IMG/VR virus record: IMGVR_UViG_3300027306_000005
Coordinates: 1-60,445 of that record
Source: a virus
Taxonomy: Duplodnaviria; Caudoviricetes
DNA length: 60,445 nucleotides
Reading direction: 5' to 3' (one strand)
A program made the translations under genes and the position numbers. Positions 55,301 through 60,445 of this stretch are shown here, one piece after another (within the stretch, counting starts at the first letter, position 1; the number at the start of each line of letters is the position of its first letter). The notes beneath the pieces are model-generated. The model was not told the origin of the DNA, made no database searches, and saw only the letters and a list, made by a program, of their open reading frames with translations.

Positions 55301-55573
55301 ACGGGGAATCTGATTGAGCGGCTCACCGTTTGGCGGTGCGCTCTGCCTGTGTGCGTGCGCGTGGGCGTGCGCCCGTACACGTATGCACGCGTGCGATAGG
55401 TATACCCCCTGGGGTATCACCCCCTACCCCCTCAGGTATCGCCCCTAGGGAGGGCGCACGTTTTCAGGGGCGCACCCGTGCACCTCCCTAGGGGGAATGG
55501 GGCAGGGGGTATGCCGTGGACCCCCTGAGGTGCCCTAGGGGTGACGTGCTGAAGGCTTACCGTTTGTCGGGTT

Positions 55574-55650
55574 AGATGTGGCATCTATCACACATCCCGC
55601 AAATAAGGGGGTTAGGGTGTTGACAGACGGGGTGTCTGTCGTGAGATGAT
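55574..55650 (+). promoter_or_regulatory. rightward promoter region with two operators
   Basis: AGATGTGGCATCT at 55574-55586; TTGACA at 55620 overlapping GACAGAC-GGGGT-GTCTGTC; weak -10. Confidence 0.6.
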
Positions 55651-55683
55651 CGGGGCATCCCAACGAACACCGGATCACACATC

Positions 55684-56277
55684 ATGAGCAACACCCGCAG
55701 CGCCTACCGTGGCAAGTATCCCCACCGGATCAAGTCTGTTGTCAGCACCGCGCCCGGTTGGGTCTTGCTGACTGCCAACAATGGCGAATCCGTGGAAGTG
55801 AGCGCACGCGCAGCCGCTCATGCGGTGGGTGCCTACCGCATGCCTGAAATTGGCGATGACTTCGGCACGTGGCGGCAAATTGCCCGCGATTACGATTGTT
55901 TGCTCTCTCAGGTCTTTTCCGGCCTGACCCGTGCCATGGAAAGCATTCAATCGATCCACGGTCAGGCTTCACTTTTCGATCCCATGCGAGAAACGCAATT
56001 GCTGGCCTGCTTTCTGGCATGTGCCATGCAATGTGCATACATTGCGGCAGACAAAATGGTTCACGGCCGCAAATGGAACCCGGCCTCGCGTGCCTTTTCT
56101 TACAGTGTCGGGGAGGGTGGGCCGGAAATTGAGAATGCGTTCACTGTTGCTTATGTGTCCCGTATCGAGCGGCTTTATCCGCACGGCGTGCCCGTGCTGA
56201 CGTGCGGACACATCTGCACCCGTGGGCGTGACTCTGAAAAGGCCCGTCACATCATCGGCGTGGGCCTCATCGCCTAA
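55684..56277 (+). CDS. hypothetical early protein
   Basis: First ORF after the promoter. Confidence 0.65.
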   Translation: MSNTRSAYRGKYPHRIKSVVSTAPGWVLLTANNGESVEVSARAAAHAVGAYRMPEIGDDFGTWRQIARDYDCLLSQVFSGLTRAMESIQSIHGQASLFDPMRETQLLACFLACAMQCAYIAADKMVHGRKWNPASRAFSYSVGEGGPEIENAFTVAYVSRIERLYPHGVPVLTCGHICTRGRDSEKARHIIGVGLIA

Positions 56278-56304
56278 ACCCTCACACCCTCAGGAGGTCA
56301 CACC

Positions 56305-56445
56305 ATGCATAACAACCGGCAAACGGAAAAGGCACAGACAGAAGCGCGGAAAGAAAAGCGCCCCTACACCCCGATCGTGTGGCTCGGCGGAAAGGTTTAC
56401 AAACCTTCCAAAAATGGGGGTTGGATTTTGGGTGCGAACAAGTAA
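56305..56445 (+). CDS. small hypothetical protein (46 aa, not in ORF track)
   Basis: AGGAGGT RBS; MHNNRQ...GANK. Confidence 0.55.
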   Translation: MHNNRQTEKAQTEARKEKRPYTPIVWLGGKVYKPSKNGGWILGANK

Positions 56446-56450
56446 TCGTT

Positions 56451-56518
56451 AGACGCCCCGTCTGATACAAACCTTTACAATCTAAGGTGTTGACAGACGG
56501 GGCGTCTAACGCTATAGT
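56451..56518 (+). promoter_or_regulatory. sigma70 promoter with two inverted operators
   Basis: TTGACA-17-TATAGT (56490-56518); AGACGCCCCGTCT at 56451 and AGACGGGGCGTCT at 56495. Confidence 0.85.
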
Positions 56519-56551
56519 TCATTCATCGCAACGAACAACGGACCCGACCTC

Positions 56552-56713
56552 ATGTCCCTCCTTTTCGCCCTCCTGAGTCTCGCCCTTTTCGCGGTCTCGC
56601 TTTTCGGCACGGTGTTTGCCGGGTTGAATCAAGCCCCCTTGATTCTGTGCGGTCTCGTCGGCGCCATGGCCATGGGGGCTCTTGCTGCGATCTGTGAGGA
56701 TCGGGGGCTCTGA
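56552..56713 (+). CDS. small 2-TM membrane protein (53 aa, not in ORF track)
   Basis: MSLLFALLSLALFAVSLFG...LILCGLVGAMAMGALAAI. Confidence 0.55.
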   Translation: MSLLFALLSLALFAVSLFGTVFAGLNQAPLILCGLVGAMAMGALAAICEDRGL

Positions 56714-56715
56714 CC

Positions 56716-56868
56716 ATGCGCAACGAACACCAAGCAAACCAAGCCCTGAGCGCCATGGCCCAAACCCGTGCTGCATGGGCTCAGGCCCTCAGCCCGTCGC
56801 CCCGTCGCATCGTGCGCCCCGTCAAGGTCAAGCGCGGGGGCTTGCTGGGTCTGCTGTTTGGGAAGTGA
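56716..56868 (+). CDS. small protein with C-terminal amphipathic helix (50 aa, not in ORF track)
   Basis: Ends KRGGLLGLLFGK; starts 2 nt after the previous stop. Confidence 0.55.
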   Translation: MRNEHQANQALSAMAQTRAAWAQALSPSPRRIVRPVKVKRGGLLGLLFGK

Positions 56869-56911
56869 TTCCACAAACGGTAACGCACACCACACACAGG
56901 AGATGCACACC

Positions 56912-57190
56912 ATGAAAATCTATGTTCGCGATGGCTTGGCCCGCATGGAAGGACATTCACGCTCAGACACCGTGATTCGTTTGGAAATGCCCCGCGATGG
57001 CAAGCCCGGGATTATGGTCACGCATGCCAAAGGTACGCGCGGATGGGTTGGACGTGGAGAGCCCTGGGCTTACTTCCCCGCCTCCTACACCGTGGTGACG
57101 TTCACCGAATACCGCACCTCAGACGATGGTAAGGGCCACGCAATCGAGCGTGCAAGTCACACCACGTTCAACCAAACCCCCGAGAAATAA
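56912..57190 (+). CDS. hypothetical early protein
   Basis: AGGAG RBS (start 56903 or 56912). Confidence 0.6.
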   Translation: MKIYVRDGLARMEGHSRSDTVIRLEMPRDGKPGIMVTHAKGTRGWVGRGEPWAYFPASYTVVTFTEYRTSDDGKGHAIERASHTTFNQTPEK

Positions 57191-57244
57191 ACCCACACCA
57201 CGGGTGCACGTTGCCCCGTGAATCACTCAGTTAGGACTGAAATC

Positions 57245-57778
57245 ATGTCAGACGAAAAGCGCGCCCAAATCGAACAAATCCTGACCGATGCTCAGGTCAA
57301 GTTTTCGGCCATGTATCGCGGGGAGACCACGCGGGATGATGATTGGAAGTGCGACGAATGGTCGTGCACTTTCCGAAAGATTCGCACGAATGAGCCCCAA
57401 TACGCCATGGGTGCGGGTTTGGGAGGCAAGGTCGAAAAATTCGAGTTTTACACGGGTTTGGGACATCGCGAAGAAAACCCGGTGACGGTGCGCAATCTTC
57501 TGCAACAGGGCTACAAACGTCACTTGCACGCCTCACGGTTTTTTGACGCTGCAAAACCCGTGCCCCCTCATGCGGCGGATGTTCTCTATTCGCTCATTCT
57601 TGATTCGAGCGCATGCGAAATGAGTTTTGCCGACTGGTGCGCGAACTTCGGTTATGACACCGATTCGCGTAAGGCGTTCGCCACCTATGAGGCGTGCCAG
57701 CAAAACGCCAACAAACTGAGCCGCATCTTCACGCATGCGCAGATTGCATCCATCCGTGAAGCCCTGGAGGATTATTAA
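57245..57778 (+). CDS. hypothetical early protein
   Basis: FYTGLGH, P.AADVLYSL..D, F.DWC..FGYD.DSRKA motifs seen in phage early proteins. Confidence 0.75.
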   Translation: MSDEKRAQIEQILTDAQVKFSAMYRGETTRDDDWKCDEWSCTFRKIRTNEPQYAMGAGLGGKVEKFEFYTGLGHREENPVTVRNLLQQGYKRHLHASRFFDAAKPVPPHAADVLYSLILDSSACEMSFADWCANFGYDTDSRKAFATYEACQQNANKLSRIFTHAQIASIREALEDY

Positions 57779-57780
57779 TC

Positions 57781-57984
57781 ATGAAAACGGCACAGATTCA
57801 CCGATTCCGGGGCAGTGTGGCGCTTTGGGTGGGCAATGGTCAGACTGTTTACCTTGACCCGAAAATGGCTCAATCAATCGCCCGATCCCTGAACGCATGC
57901 GCCCGTGACATCAAGGAAAAGCCAAGTTTTTCCGAATCGGATTTTCAAACGGTCGAATTTAAGTTTTCAGGGGAGGTCAAATAA
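57781..57984 (+). CDS. hypothetical early protein
   Basis: GGAGG RBS; tight packing. Confidence 0.65.
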   Translation: MKTAQIHRFRGSVALWVGNGQTVYLDPKMAQSIARSLNACARDIKEKPSFSESDFQTVEFKFSGEVK

Positions 57985-57986
57985 TC

Positions 57987-58205
57987 ATGGCCACGTGTAC
58001 AAAATTCGAGATGCGGATTCAATGCGATAACGCGGCATTTGAAGACAACGGCACAGGGTTGGAAACTGCCCGGATTCTGCGCCAATTGGCCGATCAAATC
58101 GAGCGGGGATATAACGGTCGAATGCCCGATGAATACTACCCCCGTGACGACAATGGAAACTGTGTCGGCGTGGCGCGTTTCTATATCGGACGATTAACAG
58201 ACTGA
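57987..58205 (+). CDS. hypothetical early protein
   Basis: DNAAFED...E.ARILR.LA..I...RD.NGN.VG pattern. Confidence 0.7.
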   Translation: MATCTKFEMRIQCDNAAFEDNGTGLETARILRQLADQIERGYNGRMPDEYYPRDDNGNCVGVARFYIGRLTD

Positions 58206-58299
58206 ACCCGCCTAGCGCATCCCTCAGGGGTGCGTTATGGGGTGGAGTCACCAAACCCGAAGCCGGCCGGGTAAAGCCGAATATCAGTTAGGACTGAAA

Positions 58300-58857
58300 A
58301 TGTATAGCGGACAGACTTTTGATTTTGAGCACGAAGGCAAACAGTTTCGCGCATTCATCGAATCGGACCATGACGCGGGTACGCCATGGGATCGCGAATG
58401 TGGCCACGTTGATGTGAGCGAATGGGAACACCGCAACAAACGCCCGTCTGAGGTCATCGTTAACGAAGATCGGGGCTCACGCCGTTTCGTGTGCATCCGT
58501 GAGGCAATCGCTAAAGCAACTCGGGAGGGTTGGGGCCTGAGCGATGAATCCCTGCAAGCCCTGAGCGATCGCATCGGCCGCACCCCCACGAAAAAGGAAG
58601 TAACGACAGAATCCGTGCGCCTTGATGTGGAGCGCATGCGGGCATGGTGCGCCGATGAATGGGAATACATCGGCGTCTGTGTCTGCCTGCTCGATTCTGA
58701 GGGCTCACCCATTGGCAACAAATACGCGGCCGCATTGTGGGGGATTGAATCAGACTGTGATGATTACATCCGGGATGTTGCCCGGGAGCTGGCATCCGAA
58801 GCAATGACCGAAGCCCGCAACACCTGCGAACGTATCAATTCTGTTTTGGAGGGCTGA
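58300..58857 (+). CDS. hypothetical early protein
   Basis: AGGA RBS; W..DEW.YIGV, LWGIESD. Confidence 0.7.
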   Translation: MYSGQTFDFEHEGKQFRAFIESDHDAGTPWDRECGHVDVSEWEHRNKRPSEVIVNEDRGSRRFVCIREAIAKATREGWGLSDESLQALSDRIGRTPTKKEVTTESVRLDVERMRAWCADEWEYIGVCVCLLDSEGSPIGNKYAAALWGIESDCDDYIRDVARELASEAMTEARNTCERINSVLEG

Positions 58858-58860
58858 GCC

Positions 58861-59121
58861 ATGCCTACAGAATTGATTGTTTACGTGGAAGTCACCGACA
58901 CGTTTTCAGGTGAAGCCAATTATTCATGGGTGAAACGTCATGAGGTGCGCGGGCTTGAGAATAAATCAGACTTGGCCATTGTTCGCCACGTCAAACGCCT
59001 CATTGGTTGGAATGGCCATCGGTGCAACACCGACACATCGGGCGATCAAATCACGATTCGGCCGCGTGGCATGAATCAGGTTTGCTTTGTCTCTTGGCAC
59101 ACAGTGGGAAACGCATCATGA
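58861..59121 (+). CDS. hypothetical early protein
   Basis: EVTDTFSGEANYSWVKR motif. Confidence 0.7.
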   Translation: MPTELIVYVEVTDTFSGEANYSWVKRHEVRGLENKSDLAIVRHVKRLIGWNGHRCNTDTSGDQITIRPRGMNQVCFVSWHTVGNAS

Positions 59122-59336
59122 GCCGCAAAACATCCGCAGTGTTCCGCGTGGGCGTTTCTTTCGAATCTTCAATCCTGTGCATGGGTGAGCCCGTCGCCCG
59201 TGAAGAATTGGGCAAGATCGAAAACGGTAACGCGTGGAAATATTACCCGCGTGCCCGACATTGGGACATTTGCCACGTTGACAAGAAAACGGGCGAATTG
59301 TTCACGGTGCGCGACATGGAAAACGGGGAGGTCTGA
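59118..59336 (+). CDS. hypothetical early protein
   Basis: ATGA overlap. Confidence 0.55.
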   Translation: MSRKTSAVFRVGVSFESSILCMGEPVAREELGKIENGNAWKYYPRARHWDICHVDKKTGELFTVRDMENGEV

Positions 59337-59338
59337 CC

Positions 59339-59479
59339 ATGGCTAAACCCGCTTTCTTTCTGGTGTTCGTTTCGGGTCGATTCGCCGAGCGTTTCGAAAC
59401 CCGCACCGGGGCGCGCATCTATGCCGCAGCACAAAGGGCCCTCGGGCATTCCGTCATCATCAAGCCTCAGGGGTTCTAA
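59339..59479 (+). CDS. small hypothetical protein (46 aa, not in ORF track)
   Basis: GGAGGT RBS; fills the gap between neighbouring genes. Confidence 0.5.
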   Translation: MAKPAFFLVFVSGRFAERFETRTGARIYAAAQRALGHSVIIKPQGF

Positions 59480-59481
59480 TC

Positions 59482-59931
59482 ATGAAAGATCAAACAAATA
59501 TGCACGGGGCCCGGGCTTGCGGTTTGGGCATGGGTCAGGTGCGCATCATCGCGAAACACTTCCTCATTGCTGCGGTTTGGGCCGATGCGCCTGAGGGCAC
59601 ACACCCACGCGTGACCAAGCAAGCCCGCGCAGCGGCCGAAGAATGGGCGAAGGCTTTTCTGTGCATGGTTGACCCTGCCGATATCAAGGCATGTGCCGAT
59701 GCCCCGGGCTATGGTGCGCACCCGGATGCGGGTAGCCCATGGGCGGCCATTGGTCATGATTTGTGGCTCACCTGCAATGGCCACGGGGTAGGGTTTTGGG
59801 ATCGTGACGAACTCCCCGATGACGTGGGGCAGCGTCTGACCGAGGTCTGTAAAAAGCTAGGTGAGCCGGGCCACGGGTTTGAGTGTTACCGGGGTTGGGC
59901 CTACCTGCGTGCCCCTGAGGTGCAGGCATGA
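59482..59931 (+). CDS. hypothetical early protein
   Basis: GHDLWLTCNGHGVGFWDR motif. Confidence 0.75.
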   Translation: MKDQTNMHGARACGLGMGQVRIIAKHFLIAAVWADAPEGTHPRVTKQARAAAEEWAKAFLCMVDPADIKACADAPGYGAHPDAGSPWAAIGHDLWLTCNGHGVGFWDRDELPDDVGQRLTEVCKKLGEPGHGFECYRGWAYLRAPEVQA

Positions 59932-60152
59932 CAACCCGTCTGCTTTTCGCATGGGTGCGCCTCCTGCTAGGCGTGCTGGCCTCAGGCTATGGCCTCACAT
60001 GGGGGCTATGGCTTCACGTCACCGGCCATAGCGGGGAGGCCCTAGCCCATGCCCTCCTGTGGGGGCTAGCTGGGTGCATCGTTGCCCCATTGGCTGAGGA
60101 TGTGGGCGACATGCTGCAAAGACTCAAGCAAGCCCGAAGCAAGCCCCCTTAA
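59928..60152 (+). CDS. small membrane protein
   Basis: Two hydrophobic segments; ATGA overlap. Confidence 0.6.
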   Translation: MTTRLLFAWVRLLLGVLASGYGLTWGLWLHVTGHSGEALAHALLWGLAGCIVAPLAEDVGDMLQRLKQARSKPP

Positions 60153-60174
60153 ACCCGGAATTACTTCCTACCCT

Positions 60175-60202
60175 AGGCCCCCTATGCGGGGCCTTTTCTT
60201 TT
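60175..60202 (+). terminator. terminator ending the right early operon
   Basis: AGGCCCC-loop-GGGGCCT followed by TTTCTTTT. Confidence 0.8.
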
Positions 60203-60433
60203 GCCCGTGTGCGCCCGTCTAGGGGTGTGCATGGGCTTTGTTGTTTGTGGGTTGCCCCATGCCATGGGCTAGGGGTGTGCACGTGTGCCCGTGCTATGGG
60301 ACTAGGTGTCATGCATGGTCATTAGGTCATGCATGGGCATGGGCTGCCCCGGTGCTGGTGACGTGGAGCACCGAGGGGCAACGGGCAATCAAGGGGCTAA
60401 CGGGTCCCTCCTGGGGGTTTGATTTTGCACGGG

Positions 60434-60445
60434 GGTGCGCTGAGC
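60434..60445. repeat. right cohesive end (cos) 12-mer
   Basis: Identical to positions 1-12. Confidence 0.85.

Noticed and set aside
1-60445. tRNA/rRNA genes, integrase, att site
   Set aside because: None recognised by eye; tRNAscan-SE and HMM searches would be needed to exclude them formally.

Overview
The window appears to be a complete ~60.4 kb linear genome of a Chi-like (Casjensviridae-type) siphophage. Both ends carry the same 12-mer, GGTGCGCTGAGC, as expected for a cos site. Gene order: leftward primase-helicase and Cro-like gene; rightward replication operon (MazG-like NTP-PPase, DUF2800 nuclease, DUF2815 SSB, family-B DNA polymerase, VRR-NUC, SNF2 helicase); lambda-like head genes; long non-contractile tail genes with a -1 frameshift chaperone; lysis genes with an embedded o-spanin; two glycan-active genes; a long leftward accessory arm (ParB-like, SLOG, RdgC); and a rightward cluster of small early genes. 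I recognised no integrase, tRNA, CRISPR array or methyltransferase. The most notable observations are: (1) a tandem two-cassette slot (depolymerase plus deacetylase sharing an N-terminal anchor) bounded by three copies of the 10-mer GGATCGTGGG and carrying relics of both flanking genes; (2) an acidic C-terminal tail ending in Leu/Ile on about a dozen unrelated proteins; (3) a post-tape-measure tail gene apparently split by a myophage-type RCC1 fibre module; (4) three families of repeated regulatory motifs, one of which links cos, the late operon and an early promoter. All family assignments come from motif recognition by eye, not from database searches.
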